This document shows positions 1-12,403 of a stretch of DNA of 64,000 nucleotides, piece after piece; positions within the stretch are counted from its first letter, which is position 1; every line of letters begins with the position of its first letter. The position numbers were made by a program, and so were the translations under genes. The notes beneath the pieces were generated by a model. That model had not been told where the DNA came from. It was given only the letters and a program-made list of their open reading frames with translations, and searched no databases. The stretch is from Trichosphaerium sp. ATCC 40318 (taxonomy: Eukaryota > Protista > Tubulinea), in assembly GCA_038496445.1 (NCBI GenBank), contig JALMLS010000130.1, positions 128,606 through 192,605 of the forward strand. Direction: 5' to 3'.

Positions 1-1671
1 TAGGAATTTTTCAGAAAATGCGATTTTGTTTTGGTACTTGTACATTATGTAAATGATATCGATTTACTCCTAGGTACACCTAGACCCACGTTTTAGTTAT
101 TTATCATAACCTTATACACCTTTTAGAGTTTTTGGGACGCAGAATGATGAAGAGACTGATTGGTAATGCAAACACAATGTGTTCATTTAACGAAGAACAA
201 GAAAAGTACTTTATTGGTAACTTGAAGGCACGTGCCTTTAGAGAGTTTATGTTATGAGAGTATTAACTTTGCATTAAGAGATACTTTGGTCCTTCTTCAA
301 CACATAAAATGGACAGGATAATAAAGACATTTTCTGTTTCAAAGGCATTCTCAAAGAGCTTTGATGAATGGCAAAAAGAAGTAATGAAAGGTAAAAAAGC
401 AACATCAGAAGTTTCTACTCTGGGTACGCCTTTCTATTAATAATATGAATTGTATCACTATATTAACCAATTTTAAGTAATACCTTGTGGACTGCCTATA
501 AATGTTGAACAGTGCGAGTTATCGTATATTCCTCCCATGTTAGAAAAACTAAAGCTACTTTTCAATGAATTTTACAAATTTAAGTTTGGTGGTGCTAGAC
601 GACTTACGTTCATGTGGGCATATTCTTCTATGGTTGTAAAGGCTAAATTTAACCAAGGTACGGGATTATTAAGACATACGCTAGTTTTTGTAATTCAGTA
701 ACTTCAAGAACTTGTGGACTTGTCAGAAACCTGTGCTTTTATTTCTGTTTGCTTTCAAAGAACAATTTCTAACTTCTTTTGTAACCAGCGAAAACTTATG
801 TAATGCATATGCCCTTATTATCTTATGTCGCATTGTGTATAATAGAAGAGAGAAATGAAGAGACTTTATTCTCCACGCTTAAAGGTAAACAAGATAAGTT
901 TCTTATTTTTTTCCTAGTTTAGCTTCCTTTTAAATTCTAACGGTAATTTTTTAGAAGTATCAGGTGTTGGAGAAAAAGCGTTGCAACTAGCAGTGATTAC
1001 TCTAGTTCGTGGAAGAGTACTGATTAAAGAGCCAAAGTCATCAATATTATTGGATAGTGATACATTCAAGATAAACTTTAAATTTAAAAGCAGAAATATA
1101 CGACTTAAGCTCAGACCTGCAATAAATAGAGAGATAAGGAAAACTAAACAAGAGCAGACTAAAAGCTTTATACTAAAAGAGCGCAACTTGGTACGGAATA
1201 ACAAGTTATCAGATATTCGCCATGTTCGCATTGTGGCAACTTAATATGGTAGTTCATCGAATTATTATTGCTAACTATTTTTTTTTATTGCAGAAGCTAG
1301 ATGCAGCAATAGTTCGTGTTATGAAGGCTAGAAAGGTTATTTCACATGTGGAGTTAGTAGGTATGCTTTTGCGTTAATTTTCAAGGAGCACGTGGCGATG
1401 AACAGTTTTTTCTCACCTTTCTCATCAGTTTTTATGCATTTTTTATTGCTTGTACTTTTACTCACATTTACTGCTCTTGTAGATCAAGTAACAAAACAAC
1501 TTCAACGTACTTTTGTACCACAACCTACTTCAATAAAGCGTAGAATACAAAGCCTGATTGGAAGGGAATTCTTGGATAGGGACCCAAAGAACTTGTACGA
1601 CTGTAGTTGGTTACTCTTTTTTTTTCTACAAACTCACACCCACTAGCTCGCTCTATCGTTATCTTGCTTGA
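1..1671 (+). CDS. Cullin-family protein, C-terminal part (5' end outside window), multi-exon
   Basis: Spliced translation gives EFLGRRMMKRLI...EKYFIGNLK|RYFGPSSTHKMD, RRLTFMW, RVLIKEPKS, and the neddylation domain KLDAAIVRVMKARK...IKRRIQSLIGREFLDRD...YRYLA* (TGA 1669-1671). Confidence 0.93.
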
Positions 1672-2581
1672 AAAACTAAAAAAGGTTTGTAAAGAAAATA
1701 ATAAACTAGTGTATTCACAGAACCTAACAACCACAGTTTTTTTAAATCATCTAAACTACTTGTTTGTATTTTTTTCCTTTTTTTTTTTTGAATTGGTTCA
1801 TGTGCTACGCAGACTCTAGAATTCAAATTGTAATAACTACTATTTCAGTCTCTGGTTATGACTGGAATACAAGCTGTAAGCTTGAAGTTTAAATTAGAAA
1901 TAGCTACAAGCATGTCCAGTAAATGAGCTTTGTGCTACAATTGTGCACGTGCTCAGAATTGCACTCCTCAACCTTGACCACATGCGATTCTTCTTGCTCA
2001 AAACCCACAGTGCCCCTTACCATTTAAAATTGTTATTTCTGCTTACAAATTTGGTTGACACCAGTTATGGATTGCAACAATTTCTCAACAAAACTCAATA
2101 ACTTTAGCTAATGATAAGCTGTAAGTAAACGTTCTTTGTTCGTTTTGTAGCGTATTGTATCACTTCAGCTTAGTTTTACACTTGTGTGTTTGCTATTTGG
2201 CTAAACCTTGATATATATGCGGTTTTCTACCTTAATTAGTTGCTTTACGTGCGTAGGCAAGTGTATGTAAGCTATTACAAAACCAGGCGTATTTGTAACT
2301 TTGAGCTATCATTAATAGAAGGTGTTACCGCATAATTTATTTTTTGTTACGAACAACAAGTTAAGTAAGTACTTGCCTTTTTTGGACCAGTTTACCTTAT
2401 CTCAAACGCTCTCGCTAGAATTAATGTGTGAAACCAATTGCCCTATTTTGGATTTACCAACAACTCAAGTTCTACGTAGTAGGTTTCTTGGAAGTACGTT
2501 TATTTTAGAGAAGTTTCGCAAATTTGTTGCCATTTTTGGTAAAACTGGCCTTTATCTCAAATTCACAACATTAACAACACC

Positions 2582-4297
2582 ATGAGCTCGCTAGCTATTT
2601 TAGTATTGTGTTTTATAGCGTTATCACACTGTACGCTAACAATTTCGGTACGTTTTGTTATAAAAACTTTGTAGGAACAGCACTACGCGCACCGTTAGCG
2701 ACACTTTGCTAAAAACCTGCGAAAAACCTCTTTTTCTTTTTTTTGCTTCATGACACTTTAAAACTATGTACCAGCTAAAAGGGCTGTAAGAGTTGCATAA
2801 ACAACGCACTAACAGGCTTTTAAAAACCAAAGGAACAAAAACCAGCGCTGTTTTTTTTGCAACTCTAGAATCTCTTCTTTTGTAGCAACAATGTTCATAC
2901 ACTGTTCGTGCTTGTGTTCTTATTGTGTGTGTAGACTCTTAGCTGGAACGGTGAACAGAGTCCAGACTGCAAAAATGAATCTGATATCATTCATCAAGAC
3001 ATCTACAACTTTAATGATTGCAACATCGCTTATACAGACACAATGACTTTTTTTACTGAGCCAACTCAGGGAGAATTTGGTGTCTCTGACGTCCCAATCG
3101 CTTCATTTCGCTATGAACGGTGTGATACACTCAAAAGCCGGGCCAAAATCAGAGGCTACACGGGTAGTCATTGCCAACCAAAGACATATGTACCTGGTCT
3201 TTACATTGCTACTCGATGCAGATCTGATTTTTACCCTTTTGCAACCAACGTAGAATGCAATGGAACCAACCCTGTGCGTTTTTTGAAAAACTCGCTTTTT
3301 TTTTCTGGTTGAAAAAACTTGACTAAACACAATTGTTTTTGTGTGTTCTATTGTCTCCCGCTATGTTTATAAAACTTATTTTTGTTAGAGAATTAGAACT
3401 CCTGATAGAGTTAGAGTGGAAATATTTGAAAACAACACTAATTGTGAAGGAGAACCAACAAGGTATGAAGCACATCCTTCAATCACAGGCCTTGATTCTA
3501 CATGTCATGAGGTACCTTTTTTTTTTAAAGCATTGAAGGTATGCATGTGCTCACTAAACACAGGGTCATTTTAAACTAAAGAACAACCCTAATGAGTATG
3601 ATTTGAACACGTGCTTGTCTTCAGTAAATGGTATAGTCCACACTTATTCAGTAAGATACCTTTGCTTTGAGCAACCTCTTTTGCCAGCTGTTGTTCCAAT
3701 TGCACCATCACCACCTGTTGCACCTATTACTGCAGGACCTACCCCATCTACAACATTTCCACCATCTGTACAACCAACAATACCATTTGAACCACCAACG
3801 GTAAAAGCTCCTGCTACACGCCCACCTCCTGTAGCACCTACAGCGCCAACTTTTCCAACTGCATACCCTACTACCACACCTACTGCAACTCCCACTACAC
3901 GCCCACCTAATACTGTAGTACCTACAACGCCGTACCCTCCTACAGCACAACCTACTACTGAAGCACCTACTACACCAACGGTTCCTAGTGCTGCTATTAC
4001 AACGCCTACTACTACCAAGAGTGTATCAAATGGTACTTTTTTTTCTTTTTTTTTTCTCAGAAGTATGCTGATTTGGTTCTTATTTTTTTTTTAGTTATTG
4101 TATACGTTGCTATTGCAATTGCTGTAATTGCTCTAATTATTGCTATTGTTGGCGTAATACTTGTTTCTGTAAAAGGTGGAAGCAACAGTGCTGACTCGTA
4201 CGTTAACTTTCTTTCTTGTAGACAATCAGCTATATGAATGTTAAGGGAAGATTACTAACACCTTTTTTATAGGTATACTCGTGCTAGCAACTTGTAA
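2582..4297 (+). CDS. Single-pass surface protein: signal peptide, Cys-containing ectodomain, Pro/Thr mucin stalk, TM helix, short tail
   Basis: MSSLAILVLCFIALSHC signal peptide; intron 2648-2934; PT-rich exon about 3670-4030; hydrophobic exon about 4095-4170 (IVYVAIAIAVIALIIAIVGVILVSV); ends YTRASNL*. Confidence 0.8.
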
Positions 4298-4751
4298 AAC
4301 GTGAACAAAACAAATAAAGAACATTTTATTAATAACAAATATTGTTGTAGACAAAGATATTGAAATACCAAAGTTGGCCACTTGTTACTATAACGTGCCT
4401 ACAATCTGGGTAAATTAAGTACAGCTACAATTTCTTAGAGACTACACATTAGGTTAGCACAGGTAACCTAACGTACATGTAAGGAATAAAGCGTACATCG
4501 AATACGGGCACTTGGTAGAAAATGGAAAAAAAAAGCATCACAATCGTCAAAAACATGGGAACAAACACTTTAGCCCAAATGCCACATTACATAAAAAAAA
4601 ATGTGGAGATGCCCTTAATAAGTAGCACCACCTTGTTGTGCTTGTTTTTACTTTATTCCCTAAACTCTATTGAGCAGTGTAGTGTGTGCTATGAACTCCA
4701 AGTCTCGGTATATTTTTTTTTACTTTAAAGTTATTTTACAATCGGCTAATA

Positions 4752-7700
4752 TTACGTCACAGAGATATTACCAGTATTATCAGAAGGTTCAATAAAGAAC
4801 ACAAGATCAGAAGGTTCAACAAGTACAGATGCTTTTGGACATGTATAGACATAAGGAAGAGGTGCATTCTAAAAGAAATGAATAAGTAAGCTTACTTTTT
4901 GAAGAAAAAAAAAATCGAACAAACAGTATGCAGTGCTACGTACTGTCTTCGTTCTGTATAAGGCTACTGGTAAAAGCCCCTTCTTAAGACACCTTGTATA
5001 GAATTTTCCAAACCGTTCCTAATTAAATGAATTTAACACCATAGAGTGGTACACGTGTATGAAGTTTGCTACTATTTTTTTTTGGTTTAAAGTGTGTTGT
5101 ACCTTTTTATTGTTTTCAACAATATCAGACATTGGAACAACACTCATAGCGTTTGGATTTAAAAAAAGTCTGAATAACTGTGCTACAGATTTATTGAAGA
5201 AAACCTGGCACATCATTGCATCAAGACCGAAACTATTAAAGACATTACCTAGAACAGTTTGAGTTTCTTTAAAAAAAAAAACCATATCATGGTTATTTTG
5301 GCTTACCAGAGACGTATGTAGGATGATATACAGGTGGTATTGTAGCTATTTCTAGTCTCTCATAATTTGCATTTGGTCCAGTGAACTTTAACGGAAGGAC
5401 CTAATTACAAGGAGATAAGTGACTTTAAGTTTGTAGAAGAAAAAACACAAGAGATATTTACCTTTGTATTATTAAGCTCTGCTAGCTCTATCAAGGGCAG
5501 GATATGCATCTTTCTTAGTATCTTATAAGTAAGTATAGACTTTGCATCAAGTTCACTTCGACTAACTAAAAAGCGTGTTAAAACAAACAATCTTGAAATA
5601 AAAGCAAAATGGTTTTTTGCAAATCGTACTGTCCGGATTGTTTTTATTGTAACGTGGCATGATAACAACCTTGAATGCCTTTTTAACTCTTGCAGATTTT
5701 AGAACCGCCTTATCACAGGGAGATCCTATGTATAGCATAAATGACAAGAGTATGTTATCACAATGATGAGAACAAAAGAAATATAAAAGTATGAACACAA
5801 ATTTGGTACATTGCTTTGTAGCAAGCATGTGCGTATCTGTGCCGCTATAGTTTAAAAACGAGTCATATATCATACCTCTAATATAATACAATTCTTCAAA
5901 AGTTGACATCCATAGTATAGCGCTTTCATGACAAGGTTTTTCAGAAACAAATACAATTGGTCTGATTTTATCCTTTTTTTTCCCTGCAGCTGTACTATTC
6001 CTTATACTCTTGGCTGTAGATTTAAGACGGAAAGCAAATATGAAAGATGCCATAGAATGAGCTAGATCACCACATACAACAATGTGGTCCTTTGAGAAGA
6101 AAAAAATCAGAAAAAAAAAAGAAAAAAAGGTAGAGGAGGAAGCTACAGTTACGTTCTACTACACTTACCTTTATTTTCCTTTTCTTCAAATTAAGGTTAG
6201 TAACGCTTTCTATATTAAAATCATCATCATCTCCTTTATCACGTAGTTTAAGATGAGGTGTCTACAAACCAAAATTAATCCGGAAAAAAACAACTTCCTT
6301 TTTTGCTTTAAATCGTACAATGTCATCTGAAAGTCCCCATATTGGCGAAGCTATACTAGCTGTTATAGGTAGTACTTTTTCTATTTTTTCTTCAACTTCC
6401 TCCTTGGGATCAACGAACAATTGTTGCAAGTCAAGCTTTTTTGTTGGAGCATCAACAACAACCCCCTATTAGACAAACTCAGAAAAAAACGTAAAAAGAA
6501 TAACACCAATTACCTTCAAGTGTGCAAGTTCTTCTCCTTGTAATCCATCACCATAAAGATCATCAGCTTCTGTAACCTTTTGTAGTGCCTGGGAGTGAAT
6601 AGTTGATCGTAGAATTGACTGAACAGTCTTGCCATCAGGAGAAATAAAATATCCCAAATCTGAGCCCTATAACAAATTCAGTTTGTTAACAACTCAAACC
6701 TCTGATTTCCTTGGAATGATTTGTCTTACCTTGATGACGTAATCGTTATCCGGATTTAAGCATACAATATGAGCAAAGTTCTCAGCATCTTCAACGTCTT
6801 CATCATCTTTTGTGGCTTTAAGAATACCTGGTTTCAAAAAACGAAGTCCAATCAGCATAACATTACTTTCCTCATAAACAGCTTTGCATGCTTGACCGTA
6901 TGTTAATCCAGCAAAATTATGAAGTTTCCCAGACTCATAAAGTTCGTAACCACGTCCCCACTCTAGTAAGAAAATCAAAAAGCAACGAAAGAAGCCAAAC
7001 ACTAAAAGTTGATTTAAGGGTTTATGGCGTACCATACTCATTCAGCCATGGGTTATATCGGAATCCGTTGTTACCTTTAAATGGTCTTGAAGATGTAAAA
7101 AGATTTGTTATGAAAGTAGAGAACCCAGGAGAAAGACAAGTCTTTGCGATAAGAACATGTCTCCATTGATTCGCACAAAGTGCATTCTCCAGTCCTTGTC
7201 TTAGAGCTAATAACTGATAGTCACTGTTATACAATTGTACGTATATATCTACGTTAGGGGCCTTTTGTCTAGCATTCAGAGCTAACAATGAAGCACCTAT
7301 TAACATTGTTCGTAAGGGCTACATTCTTAAGAAAAAAGTAGGAAAGTTGCGTTCACAGTACAAAAAAAAAAGGGTACGCACGTGAGTCCACACCAAAGCT
7401 ATCGTGCACGTCTTGTACTTTTTTCGTGAAAACAAAAACTGCTCTGTAAGAAATAAATAAAAATGGAACCACCATTGACCGTAGTGTCTACATACTTGGC
7501 TTTACTCAGATGGACAATATCACTCTTAGCAATATCCTTAAAGTCCATCTCAATGAATTGAGTCCGTCTACGATAAAATGGCTCTTTCATAACACTCATA
7601 AGCTCATTGGATAGATCTTCACGCTTTCCGACAATAATCAAAGACATTTGACGATGTAAACGATCCTAGAACAAAAAGCTCAGTTGATTTTATAGGCACC

Positions 7701-9253
7701 AAAAAAGTTGCTCACCTTGTGGAAGTACTCTTTCAAAAAAGTTAACATATCAGCTCCACGCGGTACAGCAATTGAGAACTCGTTAACTGGCGCAGATACA
7801 CCAACTAAACTTCAATATTAGGAGCAAATTTCAACGTTAAATTGTTGTGAATATTAAAATATAACATACCACGAAGTTGTCTTGAAACAAAGTATGGTAC
7901 AGCAACAGTTGCACCGAGTGTCATTACTATAGTAGTTATCATTCCAAGAAGTGTATCCGGGGAGAAATCTCCATAACCGACAGTCGAGACGCTATTAGTA
8001 AATCATTAAAGTCCAAAAGGAATCAAAAAAACGTACGTTATTACAACAAAATAAAATGAATCCAAGAGGTTGTTTATTGGGCCTTCTGTTGTAACACTGT
8101 TCTCAGCTGCGAAACTAAGAAAAGCAAATACAGATATAAATGCAAAAACAGAAAGAACTGAGTAAGCTGGTGAAGCCAAATCATTCTCTACGCATATGAT
8201 CCATGTTAAAACAAAACTACGATTCTATCTTTCTTCTTAGACTTACGAGAGGGATCAAGAAAAGCAAATTTCTTTGAGTCACGGAACCGCACGAGTGCAA
8301 AGTATACCATGAGAATACGAAAAGATAGTACATACCTGTTACAAGTGAGAATGTAAAAACTTATTTTTTGAAGAATCACGGAACAAATTAAATTTCTTGA
8401 ATCGAGAAGCAAGGGGAAGAATATGTACACGAGGACGCACCATTGGTACTCTCCAAGAACGACACCACCGAATCCGCCAACAATTGTAATCAGAGGAATG
8501 AATAAAGTAACGTAAGTGTCTATGACAGACATTTGCATGAGCTTCATAAAAACATTAGTAGTTGCAAGGTGGAAAACACTTTCACTTTATAGTGTACGTA
8601 CAGCGAGTTTGATGAACTGAATAACAAGAATGATTATGGTGTAAATAAGTTCCAAAGATATCAATACTTTACTCTCGAGGAGCCTTTTAGCTTCTTCTTT
8701 ATCGTCAGGCTAGAAGACAAAATCGTTAACTGATATTTTTCTTTTCAACAAAGTTCAAGCCCAAAAACGATCATACCCCCAGTAATCCCACTCGGATGCC
8801 AACATAAAGTAAGCTGCCAGCACTCGCTAGCGATATAACAAATAAAATCGCCTCCTAGTGTAAACGTGAGTACAGTGAGCAAAGAAAGTTACATTTGCTG
8901 GAAGTTTTTTGGTAGAATGGTTTAAAACGCTTGCCAGTACAATAGAACTCCATCCAATGGCGAATCGGTAGCGTGTACGCTGTAATACCCGTACAAACTT
9001 AGAGCTACCAGTTTTGACCCTCAAAATACCCACCTAGAGCGGGATAAGGGTAATGTTTTATGTTCACACAATACCGAATGGTTCAGCAGGGCAATGAGTG
9101 TTGTTAGCGCAAATGCAATCAGTATTGATACTCCCTGTATGATCTATGCGCGTGTTAATTAGTTTTAAGGAGAATGGTGTGCGTTTTTCTCCGAGTCAGT
9201 TGTATAGAATTACAATAGTCGTACAAACACCGAATCCAAGCCAAATGTCTCAT
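4752..9253 (-). CDS. Calcium-activated (BK/Slo-like) potassium channel with RCK domains, multi-exon
   Basis: Pore motif DSFYFVVIT|VSTVGYGDFSP near 7960-8060; AKTCLSPGFSTFITNL; WLNEY...GYELY; DHIVVCGD; C-terminal YVYTCPKASVLVEPSDLVFFI resembles the Slo RCK2 end. Confidence 0.92.
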
Positions 9254-9489
9254 TTAGTTTATCCGACGTGAAAAAAGAAAAATAAGTCAATACAGTGGTG
9301 GAAGCGTATAGCCAGTAATATCCAATAGCCTGTAAGAGCGCAATACTGCTTAAATAAATAGGGTAAAGAATGAAAAACATGTTCTTTTCATCAGATCCTC
9401 ATGAATGTAGTGGCTTCATGTCTTACTCTTCAGTTTGTAATGTTTTGACGTGTTTATACGTTTAGAATATATTAAGTCACAGCAGTTAA

Positions 9490-10366
9490 ATGTCAGAACC
9501 GGATTTAGACACCCTACGCGCAGAAGTAGCCAAGTGGAAAACTCTAGCGTTCAAGAGCACAGTTGGTGGGTATTTTTGATTTAGTTACTTTAACCTGACC
9601 TCAAAGACAAGCAAATAACAATAGACGATGTGAGAGCGACGCCCGAGTATCAGGGACTAGTTAAAAGATTAACGAAAGAAGAACATCGTTGGGAGAAGCT
9701 CAGACGTATTTGTAGCGTAAAGGATAGACAATACGCGCAGTCCAGTAATAAAGCACAAGAAAACTACGCTAAACTGGCGCAAAGCAAGGATGTGAGCTTT
9801 TATTAGCCCTTGTGATTACTAATAAAAGCAGGGTGACCTACGCATTTATGAACAAATGGCAATGGCTTACAAAACCCAATACGAAATCATAGAAGCCAAG
9901 TACAACGCAATACTAGAGCAGTACAAGGATAGTACAGTCAAAGCGCAAGATAGTAATCAAGTACGATCTAAACGGCATTACACGCCTGTAGATGCATAGC
10001 CAAACGTTGCTAAACATGTCACAGGAATCTACACAGTTGAAAAACGAATTAGCAAACCAAAGACAGAAAGTAAGCCGTTAGCCACTGAGCACATTACAGC
10101 AACGCTGTTACTCATTTTTGATGACTTGAATTACAGGTTGACAACCTACAAAAAGAAAACGCTGAACTAAAAAGAGAAAACGAAAAAATGAAAAAAATAT
10201 TGGCAAAACCCGAGGATGAAAGGATAACACAACTTAGTGCAGGTACCAAAAATAAATACCCGTTTATCAGTTAACATACTGAATGGCTTTTTTGTTAGAA
10301 TTAGCTATTATGCGGCAGGATAGAGAGATTATGCTGAAAGAAATGGAATTATTAAAATCTCAATAG
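9490..10366 (+). CDS. Small coiled-coil protein of unknown function, multi-exon
   Basis: MSEPDLDTLRAEVAKWKTLA...; GT-AG introns join E/K/Q-rich heptad-like exons (NLQKENAELKRENEKMKK); ends ELLKSQ*. Confidence 0.7.
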
Positions 10367-10639
10367 AGAGCATAAATACGTGAATGTATCAGATAGTATA
10401 ATAGTTCATCATAGGTTTTTTGTAAATAGATATCAGTAAAATGTAATTTTTTATTGATGTGAGTTGCATGTTTTTTGTATGTTTAGTTACAACTCTTTTT
10501 TTTTTGTTGGTAAATCGTAGGGTAATGGTTAAAAAATATTGATAATATCAATACAGCAAAATATACGTAGGATATTTTGGTTGGAAAGGAAAAAAGATAT
10601 TTTTAGGGGTATAGGGTGTAGCTCGTGAGTCTTTCGAAC

Positions 10640-12059
10640 TCAAAACATCACATGTGTCAAATTATTGACACATTTTTTGAAATTTGATGCTGCGCTGAGT
10701 GTTTGTAGCGATTTAATTGGGACGTAGTTCCATATTTGATGGCAAAGTACGACTACGGCGTCTAGTTAAAGAAGTTGGTAAGAAATAAGAAAAAAAGAAG
10801 ATTTTTTGTTTTCTGGTTTAGTTAACGTACAACTTCTTCTTAGGTGAGCTTAAAAACGATCCTGAGTTATCATAACTTGAACTTGAAGGGTTTCTAGGAT
10901 ATCCAGCTATACTTATTAGTACACCATTTCAAAAAAGCAAATAGGTAACTCACTCTCTCTTCCAGCGTCTTGCAAGAATGATAGTGTTCTTTGGAGATAA
11001 TCTAATGTCTCAGAACATTCTGGCATATCGTGTGCATGATTTTTAAATAATGGCATTAAATTATCGCATATTGAAATCCCTTCTTTTACTTTTGAACTAA
11101 GTGTATCCTAAAAATCGATTAACTCACTTATATCCGAATTAGTTGCATTCAACGTACCCTGCCAACAGGGATTTTAGGTAGTTCTGTATCTTGAAGGTCC
11201 TAAGAGTTGTATAAACGTGATATCCAGCGAGAAAAAAAATAAAGAAAAACGGATAAAAAACCCGAAATAATAGCTCACTGTTCTATAAGGAAGATCGTAA
11301 TTCGAATATCTCGTAGGTATATTACTAGGACTTATTGGGCTTTGGCTGAAGCTACGCAAATCGTTAAATAACAGCATGGAGGAGTTTTACAATCATTTTT
11401 TAGAAAAAGTGAAAAAACTTCTTTTTCAGTCTTCGTACTTTGGTTGTGGGCTTGAGTTTCTGTATGAAGCGTCTGTCCCAACAGAAGTAACTGAATCAAG
11501 GTTAAGAAATTGCAGTTTGTAATCTAATAACGTACATGTGCTGGTGCCAAATGAAATAGGGTTTGAAGGGCGTTGTGCTGAAAATGACGCAGGTACACCT
11601 TTATTCAACGTTAGAAAGAATCATTTGAAGAACTGAAAGTACGGTGTTTGCAATTCTTAAGCGCTGACACCCAATCATCAAGGTTTGCTATTAACGTGTT
11701 AGTACGCTACTGACTTTAAATGGTTTTACCCTGAGTGGCTGCTGAAATTGGGTATGTTTTCTTATCAGTTGTTATTTCAAACACGTAAGGGCGTTTATAG
11801 TCTGTTGTGTTGATATTTACATTTGCTCGGGATTTTACAAGGTCAATGCTTCCTAGCGGCGTCTTACCCTTCATGGACGTTATAAACACAACTTTTACGA
11901 AATTCTAGCCAAAACAAAGCGTACTTTCTTGTAGCCTGCTTCATTTTCGTAGTATACAAACGCTGCTCCTTTTAGAACGAAAAACCGCTGTTTCCACAGA
12001 CGAGGTATTTTCTTTGGTCGTCTCTTGAATAAAACGCCTGTTTTTTCTATTTGATCCAT
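10640..12059 (-). CDS. PH-domain protein with Ser/Pro-rich C-terminus (3' end approximate)
   Basis: MDQIEKTGVLFKRRPKK..RLWKQRFFVLKGAAFVYYENE...KTPLGSIDL...PYVFEITTDKKTYPISAATQANLDDWVSAL is a canonical PH domain. Confidence 0.85.
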
Positions 12060-12403
12060 TGCTACTTACATCACGAGGCGTAACATGGTTGTTATTTTGA
12101 TACTTAACTAATTTGGCTTACGAATGGCTTTTTTGGGTGATTGTTCATTTCACCCGCAGTGTTTGTCTACCTTGGCGTTGTTTAGGCTCTCTTGAAATAA
12201 TTCATTCAAAAGCGATTGTATCACAGACACAAAACCGATTTTGTTAGCTGATATGAGTTGAACCTTTGTCACGTGATGCAACGAGTTTTCATAAATGCAT
12301 CTCTTTCAACGATAGTGTATTAGGGATTTGAATAGTAGGTTGTGCACGAAACACAGAAAGTATAAGTTAGGAAGAAATATTATAGATAGGACCAGATTTA
12401 ACG

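Noticed and set aside
658-7381. Apparent GA-AG or GT-AC introns in cullin (about 760) and the K+ channel (about 7300-7380)
   Set aside because: Canonical GT-AG solutions (658-788; GTGCGT...TAATAG) restore better-conserved protein.
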